DNA of 64,000 bases from contig CAMWUN010000009.1 in assembly GCA_947177425.1 (NCBI GenBank), positions 14,254 to 78,253 of the forward strand. Direction: 5' to 3'. The stretch is from an uncultured bacterium. Lineage in GTDB: Bacteria; Bacillota; Clostridia; Lachnospirales; Lachnospiraceae. Every line of letters begins with the position of its first letter. Positions within the stretch are counted from its first letter, which is position 1. Below the pieces are notes generated by a model. The model did no database searches and was not told the origin of the DNA. It saw only the letters and a list, made by a program, of their open reading frames with translations. Positions 1 through 10,487 of this stretch are shown here, in pieces. The position numbers and the translations under genes are program-made.

Positions 1-140
1 ACAACACAATCGTCCATTTTAAAGGGGATGAAAGCCTGATTGGGAAAATTGTTCCCGTATACTTAAAGGAATGTCACGGCTTTTATTATCTCGGTGAAAT
101 CCGGGATGCAGGCTGTGTGCAGTCAACGCCCCTGCAATAG
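1..140 (+). CDS. miaB: tRNA methylthiotransferase MiaB, C-terminal TRAM domain (5'-truncated by window edge)
   Basis: Frame from position 3 reads NTIVHFKGDESLIGKIVPVYLKECHGFYYLGE...TAG(138-140), which is TRAM-like. Position directly before mutS-mutL-miaA matches the clostridial order. Confidence 0.75.
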   Translation, partial: NTIVHFKGDESLIGKIVPVYLKECHGFYYLGEIRDAGCVQSTPLQ

Positions 141-237
141 CTGCGGGGTATAGACCATCGCGGCAGTCGCCCAAAATATGCATAAGCGCATCTGCTTGGA
201 TCGTCGCCCGCGGGAATAAAAAACGGATGGTGAAAAA

Positions 238-2886
238 ATGGCAGAAATGACACCAATGATGAAGCAATATCTTGAAACGAAAAAGGAATACCCTGACTGT
301 ATTCTTTTTTACAGGCTGGGGGACTTTTATGAAATGTTCTTTGAGGATGCCCTTACCGCGTCCAAAGAGCTGGAAATCACCCTGACAGGGAAAAGCTGCG
401 GTCTGGAAGAGAGGGCGCCTATGTGCGGCATTCCCTATCATGCAGTGGAAGGATATCTGAATAAACTGATCTCAAAAGGCTACAAGGTGGCCATCTGCGA
501 GCAGATGGAAGACCCGAAACAGGCAAAAGGGCTGGTCAAAAGGGACGTTACGAGAATCGTTACCCCGGGTACCAACCTGAATGTACAGGGGATGGACGAG
601 GGAAAGAATAACTTTCTCATGGGTATCGCCTACTTTCAGGGAAAGACAGGGATTTCCGTTGCGGATGTCACTACTGGGGATTATTATCTGACAGAAGTGG
701 AGGACAACAAAAAGCTTCTGGACGAAATCAACAAATACGCCCCCAGTGAAATTATCTGCAACGATGCCTTTCTGGTCAGCGGCATTGACATAGAGGATTT
801 AAAGGGCAGGCTGGGAATGGCTGTCTACCCATTGGAAGCCCATTACTTTGACGAGGACAGGTGCAGAAAGATTCTCCTTAAGCATTTCCATGTTACCACC
901 CTGCAGGGCATGGGTATTGAGGATTTCCCCGCAGGGCTGATTGCTGCCGGAGGAATTATGCTGTATCTGACGGACACCCAGAAGACTACTTCCTTAAACC
1001 ATTTTACCCATTTATATCCCTATCTTACTAGCAGATATATGCTGCTTGACAGTTCAACCAGAAGAAATCTGGAACTGACGGAAACCTTGCGGGAAAAGCA
1101 GAAAAGAGGATCTCTCCTTTGGGTTCTGGATAAGACCAGGACTGCCATGGGGGCCAGGACTTTACGCCAATTTATCGAGCAGCCTTTGATAGACAGGAAG
1201 GAAATTGAAAAGCGTCTTGACAGTGTGGAGAGCCTGTCAGGGCAGGCCATAAGCAGAGATGAAATCCGGGAATACCTGAATCCCGTTTACGATTTGGAAA
1301 GGCTTTTGGGAAAGGTCAGTTATAAAACCGCCACCCCCCGGGATTTGATTGCTTTCCGGAATTCCTTAAGAATGCTTCCCCATCTGAAAACCCTGCTGGC
1401 GGATTTTGAAGAAGAAATGCTGGTACAGATCCGGGAGGAAATGGATGAATTGTCTGATATCTGTACGCTGATTGAAAGGGCTGTCTGTGACGAACCGCCC
1501 ATTGCCATCCGGGAGGGCGGCATTATCCGGGAAGGCTTTGATGAAACCGTTGACAATCTGCGCAGGGCCAAGACCGAAGGAAAAGACTGGCTGGCGAAGC
1601 TGGAAGAGACGGACAGGGAACGGACAGGAATCAAAAATTTGAGAATCCGTTATAATAAAGTATTTGGCTATTACTATGAAGTAACAAACTCCTACAAAAA
1701 TCTGGTTCCCGATGATTATATCAGGAAACAGACACTTGCCAATGCGGAGCGCTATACCAATGCCCGTTTAAAGGAGCTGGAGGATACGATTTTAAATGCG
1801 GAGGACAAGCTGTATACGCTGGAGTACGACCTTTTCTGCCAGATACGGGACGCCATAGCAGGGGAGATGGAACGGATACAGAAAACCGCCAAGGCCATTG
1901 CCAAACTGGATGTCCTTGCTTCCTTTTCCTTTGTGGCAGAGCGGAATCATTTCGTGCGGCCTGTCATAAACGAAAAAGGCGTTATTGACATCAAAGGGGG
2001 ACGGCACCCGGTAGTGGAGCAGATGATAAACGGGGATATGTTCATCGCTAACGACACCTATCTGGATAACAGTAAATACTGTGTTTCCATTATCACAGGA
2101 CCTAATATGGCAGGAAAGTCCACCTATATGCGGCAGGCGGCGCTGATTGTGCTGATGGCCCAGATTGGTTCTTTTGTTCCTGCAAACAGTGCGAATATCG
2201 GCCTTGTGGACAGGATTTTCACGCGGGTGGGGGCTTCTGACGATTTGGCAAGCGGCCAGAGCACTTTCATGGTGGAGATGAACGAGGTTGCCAATATTTT
2301 AAGAAATGCCACTGCCAACAGTCTTCTGATACTGGACGAAATCGGAAGAGGGACTTCCACCTTTGACGGCCTCAGCATTGCCTGGGCGGTGATCGAACAC
2401 ATCAGTAACAAAAAGCTGCTGGGAGCCAAGACACTGTTTGCCACCCATTACCACGAACTGACGGAACTGGAAGGCAAAATGAATAACGTAAACAACTACT
2501 GCATTGCCGTCAAGGAAAAAGGGGATGATATCGTATTCCTGCGCAAAATCATCAAAGGCGGCGCAGATAAAAGCTATGGTATTCAGGTGGCAAAACTTGC
2601 GGGCGTACCGGATATGGTCATCGACCGTGCCAAAGAGATTGTGGCCCAGCTCTGTGACAATGATATCCTTGAGAAGGTACAGAGCATTGCGGTAGAACAG
2701 AAGGAAACCAGACACAAGCCTGTCAAATATGATGAAGTGGATTTGAGCCAGATGTCACTGTTTGATACCGTGACAGACGAGGATGTGCTGAACGAACTAA
2801 AAGAGATTGACGTCTCAAACCTTACCCCATTAGATGCCCTGAACACTCTGTACAGACTTCAGAATAAACTGAAAAACAGATGGTAA
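238..2886 (+). CDS. mutS: DNA mismatch repair protein MutS
   Basis: 882 aa. N-terminal TPMMKQY...FYRLGDFYEMF, Walker A GPNMAGKST, DEIGRGTST motif. Confidence 0.98.
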   Translation: MAEMTPMMKQYLETKKEYPDCILFYRLGDFYEMFFEDALTASKELEITLTGKSCGLEERAPMCGIPYHAVEGYLNKLISKGYKVAICEQMEDPKQAKGLVKRDVTRIVTPGTNLNVQGMDEGKNNFLMGIAYFQGKTGISVADVTTGDYYLTEVEDNKKLLDEINKYAPSEIICNDAFLVSGIDIEDLKGRLGMAVYPLEAHYFDEDRCRKILLKHFHVTTLQGMGIEDFPAGLIAAGGIMLYLTDTQKTTSLNHFTHLYPYLTSRYMLLDSSTRRNLELTETLREKQKRGSLLWVLDKTRTAMGARTLRQFIEQPLIDRKEIEKRLDSVESLSGQAISRDEIREYLNPVYDLERLLGKVSYKTATPRDLIAFRNSLRMLPHLKTLLADFEEEMLVQIREEMDELSDICTLIERAVCDEPPIAIREGGIIREGFDETVDNLRRAKTEGKDWLAKLEETDRERTGIKNLRIRYNKVFGYYYEVTNSYKNLVPDDYIRKQTLANAERYTNARLKELEDTILNAEDKLYTLEYDLFCQIRDAIAGEMERIQKTAKAIAKLDVLASFSFVAERNHFVRPVINEKGVIDIKGGRHPVVEQMINGDMFIANDTYLDNSKYCVSIITGPNMAGKSTYMRQAALIVLMAQIGSFVPANSANIGLVDRIFTRVGASDDLASGQSTFMVEMNEVANILRNATANSLLILDEIGRGTSTFDGLSIAWAVIEHISNKKLLGAKTLFATHYHELTELEGKMNNVNNYCIAVKEKGDDIVFLRKIIKGGADKSYGIQVAKLAGVPDMVIDRAKEIVAQLCDNDILEKVQSIAVEQKETRHKPVKYDEVDLSQMSLFDTVTDEDVLNELKEIDVSNLTPLDALNTLYRLQNKLKNRW

Positions 2887-2915
2887 AATGAAAGATATCT
2901 TTTGACAAATAATTC

Positions 2916-4943
2916 ATGAAAATGGAGGAAACTATGCCGGTTATCAATTTATTAAGCCAGAGTACCATAGATAAGATTGCTGCCGGGGAAGTGGTGGAGC
3001 GTCCTTTAAGCGTGGTAAAGGAACTGACGGAAAATGCCATAGACGCCGGGGCTGCGGCCATCACTGTGGAAATTAAAGAGGGCGGCATTTCTTTTATCCG
3101 GGTTACGGATAATGGATGGGGCATTGAAAAGGAGCAGGTGAAAAAGGCGTTTTTAAGACATGCCACCAGCAAAATCGCTTCCATTGACGATTTAAATAAT
3201 GTGAAAAGCTTAGGCTTTAGGGGGGAGGCTTTATCCAGTATTGCTGCTGTCTCCCAGATGGAGGTCATTACCAAGACGGAGAATGACCTGACAGGCGTGC
3301 GTTACTGTATTGCCGGCGGTGTGGAGGAGGCTTTCGAAGAAATCGGCGCGCCGGGGGGAACCACTTTTCTGGTGCATAATTTATTTTTTAATACCCCCGT
3401 GCGGAAGAAATTTTTGAAACAGCCCCAGACAGAGGGCAGTTATGTATCAGATATGATGGAGCATCTTGCCTTGTCCCATCCCCATATATCCATTAAGTTC
3501 ATCCAGAACGGCCAGATAAAGTTCCACACTTCCGGCAACGGGAACTTAAAGGAGGTTATCTACCGCATCTACGGAAAGGATATCACAGAAGCGCTTTTAC
3601 CTTTTTCATGGGAGGGAGAACTCTTTTCCGTCAGGGGCTTTTTAGGAAAGCCGGAAATCAACCGCGCCAACAGGAACTTTGAAACCTATTTTGTCAATGG
3701 GCGCTATGTGAAGAATGATATTATCACAAAGGCTATGGAGGAAGGATACCGGGATTATCTGATGCAGCATAAATTCCCCTTTTTTGTACTGCATTTTACT
3801 ATGGAGCCGGATACGCTGGATGTGAATGTACATCCGGCTAAAATGGAAATCCGTCTGATACGGGGAAACGAGTTTTATGACCAGCTTTCAGGGGCAGTCC
3901 GGGACCAGCTTCATAAGAGGGAACTGATTCCCGGTGTGAAACTTGAGGAGCCCGGAAAACGGCAGGAATCCCTTAAGGAAAAGCAGTTACTTCTTAAGAA
4001 AACGCCTGAACCTTTTGAGGTAAAACGTTCGGCAATGCTTAAGGAGCAGGAGGCCCTGTATCATACAGACGGAAATAATCCGGCAAAGTCAACAGAATGC
4101 CGGGAACCTGTCAGCCAGGGAGAAGCCCCAGTCCATGACGGGGTGAAAACTGTCGCTGCAGCCAAGGAAGGGAAAAAGGCCGGAGCGGACGATTTCCTGC
4201 AGAAAATAACCGCTAACAAGATAATTGGGACAGAAAATAACGGCAAATTTAATATAGATGAAGGAATTCATGCAAATGTCATCAAGGCAAAAGAACATAT
4301 TCTTGTGGAGCGGCCTGCCCAGCTAAATTTGTTTGAGGAGAAGTTTTTAACCAGAGAAGCCAAAGATGAATATCAGATTATGGGGCAGATTTTTGACACC
4401 TACTGGCTGGTGGCCTTTAAGGACAAGCTTTTTATCATAGACCAGCATGCAGCCCATGAGAAAGTAAAATATGAACGCCTTGTGAAAGAACTGAAAGGCA
4501 GAAGCGTTGCTTCCCAAATGCTCAATCCCCCCATTATCGTTACCCTGACGGGAAAGGAAGAGGAGCTTCTGAAAGAGTACCTTGACTTCTTTTTGCATAT
4601 GGGCTTTGAAATAGAGGAATTTGGGAGCGGTTCCGTGGCTTGCCGGAGCATGCCGGCGGATTTGTATGGATGTAACGAAAAGGAACTGTTCCTTGATATT
4701 TTGGATGAACTCTCTGAAAACCCTTTAAGAGGCACCCAGCCGGAAGTGATTTTACAAAAGCTTGCTTCCATGGCATGTAAATCGGCGGTAAAAGGAAATA
4801 ATAAACTGGACGAACGGGAAATGAAGGAATTAATCGATGAACTGCTCACCCTTGAGAATCCTTATCATTGTCCTCATGGGCGTCCCACCATTATATCTAT
4901 GAGCAAATATGAGATTGAGAAGAAATTTAAACGTATTATTTAA
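2916..4943 (+). CDS. mutL: DNA mismatch repair endonuclease MutL
   Basis: KIAAGEVVERP and GFRGEAL (GHKL ATPase); endonuclease motifs DQHAAHE, ACK and CPHGRP. Confidence 0.98.
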   Translation: MKMEETMPVINLLSQSTIDKIAAGEVVERPLSVVKELTENAIDAGAAAITVEIKEGGISFIRVTDNGWGIEKEQVKKAFLRHATSKIASIDDLNNVKSLGFRGEALSSIAAVSQMEVITKTENDLTGVRYCIAGGVEEAFEEIGAPGGTTFLVHNLFFNTPVRKKFLKQPQTEGSYVSDMMEHLALSHPHISIKFIQNGQIKFHTSGNGNLKEVIYRIYGKDITEALLPFSWEGELFSVRGFLGKPEINRANRNFETYFVNGRYVKNDIITKAMEEGYRDYLMQHKFPFFVLHFTMEPDTLDVNVHPAKMEIRLIRGNEFYDQLSGAVRDQLHKRELIPGVKLEEPGKRQESLKEKQLLLKKTPEPFEVKRSAMLKEQEALYHTDGNNPAKSTECREPVSQGEAPVHDGVKTVAAAKEGKKAGADDFLQKITANKIIGTENNGKFNIDEGIHANVIKAKEHILVERPAQLNLFEEKFLTREAKDEYQIMGQIFDTYWLVAFKDKLFIIDQHAAHEKVKYERLVKELKGRSVASQMLNPPIIVTLTGKEEELLKEYLDFFLHMGFEIEEFGSGSVACRSMPADLYGCNEKELFLDILDELSENPLRGTQPEVILQKLASMACKSAVKGNNKLDEREMKELIDELLTLENPYHCPHGRPTIISMSKYEIEKKFKRII

Positions 4944-4958
4944 TTTAAGGGGAAATGT

Positions 4959-5921
4959 ATGGAATCTGAAAACAGACTGATTATCCTGACAGGTCCTACG
5001 GCAGTGGGAAAAACGGCCCTTTCCATCCGGCTGGCGAAAAGAATAAAAGGAGAAATTGTGTCGGCGGATTCCATGCAGGTTTATAAACATATGGATATCG
5101 GCTCGGCAAAAATAACCGGGGAAGAAATGGACGGGGTTCCACATCATCTGATAAATATTCTTGAACCGGATGAGGAATTTAATGTTTTCCGTTTCAAGTC
5201 TCTTGCCCGGGAGGCGTTAAAAGGCATTTACGGGCGGGGACACATTCCCATTCTGACCGGAGGTACAGGATTTTACATTCAGGCTCTTTTGTATGACATT
5301 GATTTCTCTTCTGAAGAGGATCACAGCCTTATCCGCGCCCGGCTGGAAGAGACAGGACGTGAAAAGGGCAGCCTGTATCTGCATGCACGCCTGATGGAGA
5401 CGGATCCTGCATCGGCAGAGTCTATCCACCCCAACAACCTAAAGCGCATTATCCGGGCACTGGAGTTTTACCAGTTGACAGGAACGCCTATTTCCGCCCA
5501 CAACCAAAAACAGCGGGAGAAGAAAGCTTTCTATAACGCCTGTTATTTTGTACTTAACGACCATAGGGACACACTTTATAGGAAAATCGAGAAGCGTGTG
5601 GATGAAATGATGGAAGCAGGGCTTGTGGCAGAGGTGGAAAGCTTAAGGAAAATGGGCTGCTGCAAAGATATGGTGTCCATGCAGGGCCTTGGTTATAAGG
5701 AAATTTTATCCTGTCTCGAGGGGGACTGTACCCTTGAGGAAGCTGTTGCCCTTATTAAGCGTGATACCCGCCGTTTTGCCAAACGGCAGCTTACCTGGTT
5801 CCGGCGGGAGAGGGATGTGATATGGGTCAATAAGCCGGATTTTGCATATGATGATGACCGGATACTGGATTTTATGATGGAACATATAGAAAGGATGGAC
5901 AGGGGCCATGGACAGGAATGA
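4959..5921 (+). CDS. miaA: tRNA dimethylallyltransferase
   Basis: GPTAVGKT, DSMQVY, GGTGFY and KRQLTWFR motifs. Confidence 0.97.
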   Translation: MESENRLIILTGPTAVGKTALSIRLAKRIKGEIVSADSMQVYKHMDIGSAKITGEEMDGVPHHLINILEPDEEFNVFRFKSLAREALKGIYGRGHIPILTGGTGFYIQALLYDIDFSSEEDHSLIRARLEETGREKGSLYLHARLMETDPASAESIHPNNLKRIIRALEFYQLTGTPISAHNQKQREKKAFYNACYFVLNDHRDTLYRKIEKRVDEMMEAGLVAEVESLRKMGCCKDMVSMQGLGYKEILSCLEGDCTLEEAVALIKRDTRRFAKRQLTWFRRERDVIWVNKPDFAYDDDRILDFMMEHIERMDRGHGQE

Positions 5922-7236
5922 AAACAGGGAAGCTGATATAATGCCAGCATCCTTAGAGCAGATATACAAAGAAATGGGAATTAGTAAAGAAGTGTATGCT
6001 TACGGGGAAAAGGTATGGAATTCCCTGAAAGAAAGATGGGATGAAATTGACGCTCTTTCAGAGTACAACCAGTTAAAGGTGATTGGCGCCATGCAGAAAA
6101 ACAAAGTCAGCGAAGCCTGTCTTTCAGGTACCACCGGATACGGGTATAATGATCTTGGAAGGGAAACATTAGAGAAGGTTTATGCCGATATTTTCCATAC
6201 GGAAGACGCCCTCGTACGTCCCCAGATCACCTGCGGCACCCACGCCCTTGCCCTTGCCCTTATGAGCAATCTGCGTCCTGGCGATGAACTGCTTTCCCCT
6301 GTGGGGAAACCTTACGATACCCTGGAAGAGGTCATCGGCATCCGCCCTTCCAAAGGTTCCTTAAAAGAATATGGAATCAGCTACCGGCAGGTGGATCTTC
6401 TGCCCGACGGCAGCTTTGATTTTGAAGCTATTAAGGAGGCAGTAAATGAAAAAACGAAGCTGGTGACGATCCAGCGCTCCAAAGGCTACCAGACAAGGCC
6501 TACCCTGTCTGTGGAGCGGATTGGGGAACTGATTTCCTTTATAAAAGGAATCAAACCTGAGGTAATCTGCATGGTGGATAACTGTTACGGAGAATTTACC
6601 GACACAAGAGAGCCTTCCGATGTGGGGGCGGATTTGGTAGTAGGCTCCCTTATCAAGAATCCGGGAGGCGGCCTGGCTCCCATAGGCGGCTATCTGGCAG
6701 GAAAAAAGGAATGTATTGAAAATGCGGCTTTCCGTCTCACTTCCCCGGGGCTTGGGAAGGAGGTGGGCGCTTCCCTGCAGGTTCTTGGGGCATTCTATCA
6801 GGGACTGTTCCTTGCCCCTTCCGTCACGGCAAATGCGTTAAAAGCCGCCATTTTTGCGGCAAATCTCTATGAAAATCTGGGATTTTCAGTGGTTCCTGAC
6901 GGCAGGGAGCCAAGACACGATATTATTCAGGCTGTCACCTTCAAGAATCCAGAGGGGGTCATTGCGTTCTGTCAGGGAATTCAGCAGGCGGCCTCCGTAG
7001 ACGGCCATGTAACGCCGGAGCCCTGGGACATGCCCGGTTACGACAGCCCGGTTATTATGGCGGCAGGGGCATTTGTGTCCGGTTCTTCCATTGAACTGAG
7101 CGCTGACGGGCCCATCAAACCTCCCTACAGTGTCTTTTTCCAGGGAGGGCTGACCTGGCAGCACGGAAAATTCGGAATTATGAAAACCTTACAGAAATTA
7201 GTGGAAAAAGAAATTATTATGAAGGAATTTGACTAA
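5908..7236 (+). CDS. PLP-dependent methionine gamma-lyase family protein (YnbB/aluminium-resistance type); true start may be a later ATG (5941 or 5968)
   Basis: GTTGYGYNDLGRE, CGTHAL, VDNCYGEF and GSLIKNPGGG motifs are typical of YnbB-like proteins. Confidence 0.88.
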   Translation: MDRNENREADIMPASLEQIYKEMGISKEVYAYGEKVWNSLKERWDEIDALSEYNQLKVIGAMQKNKVSEACLSGTTGYGYNDLGRETLEKVYADIFHTEDALVRPQITCGTHALALALMSNLRPGDELLSPVGKPYDTLEEVIGIRPSKGSLKEYGISYRQVDLLPDGSFDFEAIKEAVNEKTKLVTIQRSKGYQTRPTLSVERIGELISFIKGIKPEVICMVDNCYGEFTDTREPSDVGADLVVGSLIKNPGGGLAPIGGYLAGKKECIENAAFRLTSPGLGKEVGASLQVLGAFYQGLFLAPSVTANALKAAIFAANLYENLGFSVVPDGREPRHDIIQAVTFKNPEGVIAFCQGIQQAASVDGHVTPEPWDMPGYDSPVIMAAGAFVSGSSIELSADGPIKPPYSVFFQGGLTWQHGKFGIMKTLQKLVEKEIIMKEFD

Positions 7237-7387
7237 CGAAACTTATAAAAATTCCATGAAATCAGTATACATAAATTTCCAACTGTGTTAATATAATTGT
7301 TGGCTATGTTTAATTTCAGCCATACAAAGGAGGGTTGATATTTTTCTTTTTATTCCAGATTGAGAGAAGGGATTAGAAAGGAAATGG

Positions 7388-8074
7388 ATGAACAAAAATA
7401 CAAAAAAGAACGGGGAACTGCCTTACGAAAAATTTATTGCACGGGGGCCGGGAGCCCTTACGGAGGCGGAACTGCTTGCAGTGATTTTAAGGACAGGTAC
7501 GAAAGACTGCCCGGCACTGGAACTGGCGCAGAAAGTGCTTTCCCTTGCGCGGGGACAGGATACAGGGCTTAACAGCCTTCACCATATTTCATTAAAAGAA
7601 CTGATGGAAATTCCCGGAATCGGGGAAGTAAAGGCAGTGAAAATTAAGTGTCTTACCGAACTGGCGGTGAGGATGGCGTGCGAAAGAGCGGCAAAAGGCT
7701 TAAGCTTCCAGTCGCCTCTCACAGTAGCGGAATACTATATGGAGAAAATGCGCCATCAGGAAAAAGAAGTAATATTATTGCTATTGCTGGATAATAAATT
7801 AAAGTTAATCGAAGAATATATGGTATCTTTGGGGACGGTCAGGGCTTCCCTTCTTTCGGCAAGGGAGGTTTTTGTTGAAGCCTTAAAGTGCAGGGCCTGT
7901 TATCTGATGCTCCTGCATAATCATCCCAGCGGGGATCCCCATCCCAGCACACAGGATATCGAAATCACGCAGAAGATAAAAGAAGCAGGCGAACTGATGG
8001 ACATTCCCCTGATAGACCATATGATTTTGGGGGATAACTGTTATATCAGTTTAAAAGAAGAAGAATTATTATAG
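7388..8074 (+). CDS. radC: RadC family JAB-domain protein
   Basis: PYEKF...G...LTEAELLAVILRTG and the HNHPSGDPHPS..D JAB motif; lies upstream of mreBCD. Confidence 0.93.
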   Translation: MNKNTKKNGELPYEKFIARGPGALTEAELLAVILRTGTKDCPALELAQKVLSLARGQDTGLNSLHHISLKELMEIPGIGEVKAVKIKCLTELAVRMACERAAKGLSFQSPLTVAEYYMEKMRHQEKEVILLLLLDNKLKLIEEYMVSLGTVRASLLSAREVFVEALKCRACYLMLLHNHPSGDPHPSTQDIEITQKIKEAGELMDIPLIDHMILGDNCYISLKEEELL

Positions 8075-8089
8075 AAAGGGGTACTCACT

Positions 8090-9100
8090 TTGTCTATTAA
8101 CGCATTTGGCATTGACCTTGGAACCAACAATATTAAAATCTACAACCGTGCAGACGATGCAATTCTGGTTGAAAAAAATATGATTGCCATTGAAAATAAG
8201 GATACCTTATTTGCTTACGGCGATTCTGCTTTTGAAATGTATGAGAAGGCGCCGGGAAATATTCATATTTCCTATCCTCTTTCCAACGGAGTCATTGCAG
8301 ATATCAAAAATATGGAACTGCTGGTGAAATATTTTATCAGCGACATGACCAGAAGCAACATAAAGCCCGGGGATTACTATATTGCCGTGCCTACGGACGT
8401 TACCGGCGTGGAAAAGAGGGCTTTTTATGATTTGGTGAAGAACGCAGGCGTAAAGGCCAGAAGGGTCATGGTAGTGGAAAAGGCGGTTGCGGACGGACTG
8501 GGCCTGGACATTGACGTGAAGAACTCCCAGGGTGTCCTGATTGTCAACGTGGGATTCCATACCACGGAAATTTCCATCCTTTCCTTGGGGGGCATTGTAT
8601 TAAGCCGTCTGATTAAAACCGGCGGACAGAAATTTGATGACGCCATCCGGGCGGCAGTGCGGAAGGAATTCAGCCTGATTATCGGCGGAAAGACTGCGGA
8701 AAATGTGAAAATGGCCTTAAGCGACCTTGAAAAGGAAGGAAAGGGCGCAGTCGTTTATGGAAGGGATATTGTCACCGGGCTTCCCGTGGAAAGGGAACTT
8801 CCCACCCAGCTTATTGACGAGTCCTTAACAGAGCACTTCCATACCATCATCGACAATGTGAAAGTTATTCTGGAGAGGACGCCGCCGGAACTGGCGGCGG
8901 ACATTTACCGCCACGGTATCTATTTGACCGGAGGGGCTTCCCAGGTGAACCATCTGGCCCAGTTGATCCAGAAAGGAACGGGGCTTAAAGTCAATGTATC
9001 CGAAAATCCCGTTACCAGTGTAGCGTTAGGGCTTTCCAAGATTATTAAAGACGATAACTATAAGTCGGTTGCCTATGCAATTGAAGGAATGAGCACATGA
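8090..9100 (+). CDS. mreB: Rod shape-determining actin-like protein MreB (TTG start)
   Basis: GIDLGTNN, GGQKFD and IYLTGGAS actin-fold motifs; first gene of mreBCD. Confidence 0.92.
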   Translation: MSINAFGIDLGTNNIKIYNRADDAILVEKNMIAIENKDTLFAYGDSAFEMYEKAPGNIHISYPLSNGVIADIKNMELLVKYFISDMTRSNIKPGDYYIAVPTDVTGVEKRAFYDLVKNAGVKARRVMVVEKAVADGLGLDIDVKNSQGVLIVNVGFHTTEISILSLGGIVLSRLIKTGGQKFDDAIRAAVRKEFSLIIGGKTAENVKMALSDLEKEGKGAVVYGRDIVTGLPVERELPTQLIDESLTEHFHTIIDNVKVILERTPPELAADIYRHGIYLTGGASQVNHLAQLIQKGTGLKVNVSENPVTSVALGLSKIIKDDNYKSVAYAIEGMST

Positions 9101-9972
9101 GTCCAATCGTAAAGAAAAAAGGAGAGAAGTTTACATTACCCGGTAAATATCTCCTTTTTATTTTAACATTACTATGTACGGGTTTAATCGTAATAACTTT
9201 TAATACCAATTTTTTAAGCGAGCCTGTCAGCGCCGTGGGAGGTTCCCTGATAGCCCCTTTGCAGGAAGGCGTAAGCAAGGCGGGAAGCTGGATCGCCAAC
9301 CGTTCCGAGGAACTGGTGCAGATCCGTTCCCTGCTTGAGGAAAATGCGGAACTGAAGGCCCAGATCGACGAACTGACTATGGAAAATATCAGGCTCCAGC
9401 AGGGCCGGTATGAACTGACAAACTTAAGGGAACTTTACGACCTTGACGCCCAGTACGACGAGTATGAAAAGCTGGGGGCGCGGATTATCGCCAAAGACTC
9501 CGGCAACTGGTTTCATTCTTTTGTCATCAACAAAGGGTCCAACGACGGGCTGCAGATCGATATGAACGTTATGGCAGGCAGCGGCCTTGTGGGACGCATT
9601 GTGGATGTAGGGCCTAACTGGTCCAAAGTCATGTCCATCATTGACGACAATGCCAAGACCAGCGGCATGGTACTTTCCACCTCAGATAACTTAATCGTAT
9701 GCGGGGATCTGGAACTTTATGCAGACGGCCTTATCAGCTTTGAAAAGCTGATTGACAGTGCGGACAGAGTGGTGGAGGGGGATAAGATTGTGACCTCCCA
9801 CATCAGCGACAAATATCTGCCGGGGATTTTAATCGGCTATATTTTCAGCATCAATGTGGATTCTAATAATCTGACGAAATCCGGCCTGATTACGCCGGCG
9901 GTGGATTTTGAACATCTGGAGGAAGTGTTGGTGGTGACACAGCTAAAACAGACGGCAGGTGAAAGTGATTGA
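9097..9972 (+). CDS. mreC: Rod shape-determining protein MreC
   Basis: N-terminal TM helix, coiled coil, then INKGSNDG...GLVGRI and PAVDFEHLEEV. Confidence 0.94.
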   Translation: MSPIVKKKGEKFTLPGKYLLFILTLLCTGLIVITFNTNFLSEPVSAVGGSLIAPLQEGVSKAGSWIANRSEELVQIRSLLEENAELKAQIDELTMENIRLQQGRYELTNLRELYDLDAQYDEYEKLGARIIAKDSGNWFHSFVINKGSNDGLQIDMNVMAGSGLVGRIVDVGPNWSKVMSIIDDNAKTSGMVLSTSDNLIVCGDLELYADGLISFEKLIDSADRVVEGDKIVTSHISDKYLPGILIGYIFSINVDSNNLTKSGLITPAVDFEHLEEVLVVTQLKQTAGESD

Positions 9973-10487
9973 GAAGATTTATTGTATCGGTATTTATGAT
10001 TGTCATATGCTTTTTATTCCAGACGACAGTCTTTCAGGGCATTGATTTCGGAGGCATCGTGCCCAATCTTATGATTGTCCTTACCGCATCCTTCGGCTTT
10101 ATGCGTGGGGAAAGGACAGGCCTTATCATGGGATTTGCCTGTGGTTTTCTGGCAGATGTATTTTTCGGGAATGTGCTGGGATTAAATGCAATGATCTATA
10201 TGTACATAGGATACGCCAACGGAAAATTTAACCGGATATTTTACCAGGAGGATATTAAGCTTCCGCTGGGCCTTATTTTACTTAGCGATCTGGCCTACGG
10301 ATTTCTATACTATATTACCCTGTTTTTGATGCGGGGACGGTTCAACATCGGCTATTATTTTATGCATATCATACTGCCTGAGGTTGTCTACACCATACTG
10401 GTGACATTGCTTTTGTATCCTCTTGTTTTGTGGATCAACAAGAAACTGGAGGAACTGGAAAAAAGGAGTGCTAGAAAGTTTGTTTGA
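9969..10487 (+). CDS. mreD: Rod shape-determining protein MreD
   Basis: 172 aa hydrophobic protein with a PNLMI motif; overlaps the mreC stop. Confidence 0.92.
   Translation: MRRFIVSVFMIVICFLFQTTVFQGIDFGGIVPNLMIVLTASFGFMRGERTGLIMGFACGFLADVFFGNVLGLNAMIYMYIGYANGKFNRIFYQEDIKLPLGLILLSDLAYGFLYYITLFLMRGRFNIGYYFMHIILPEVVYTILVTLLLYPLVLWINKKLEELEKRSARKFV

Noticed and set aside
19-441. 140-aa - strand ORF and the many other short overlapping ORFs in the track
   Set aside because: They overlap well-supported genes on the opposite strand or in another frame, and lack RBS or family motifs.
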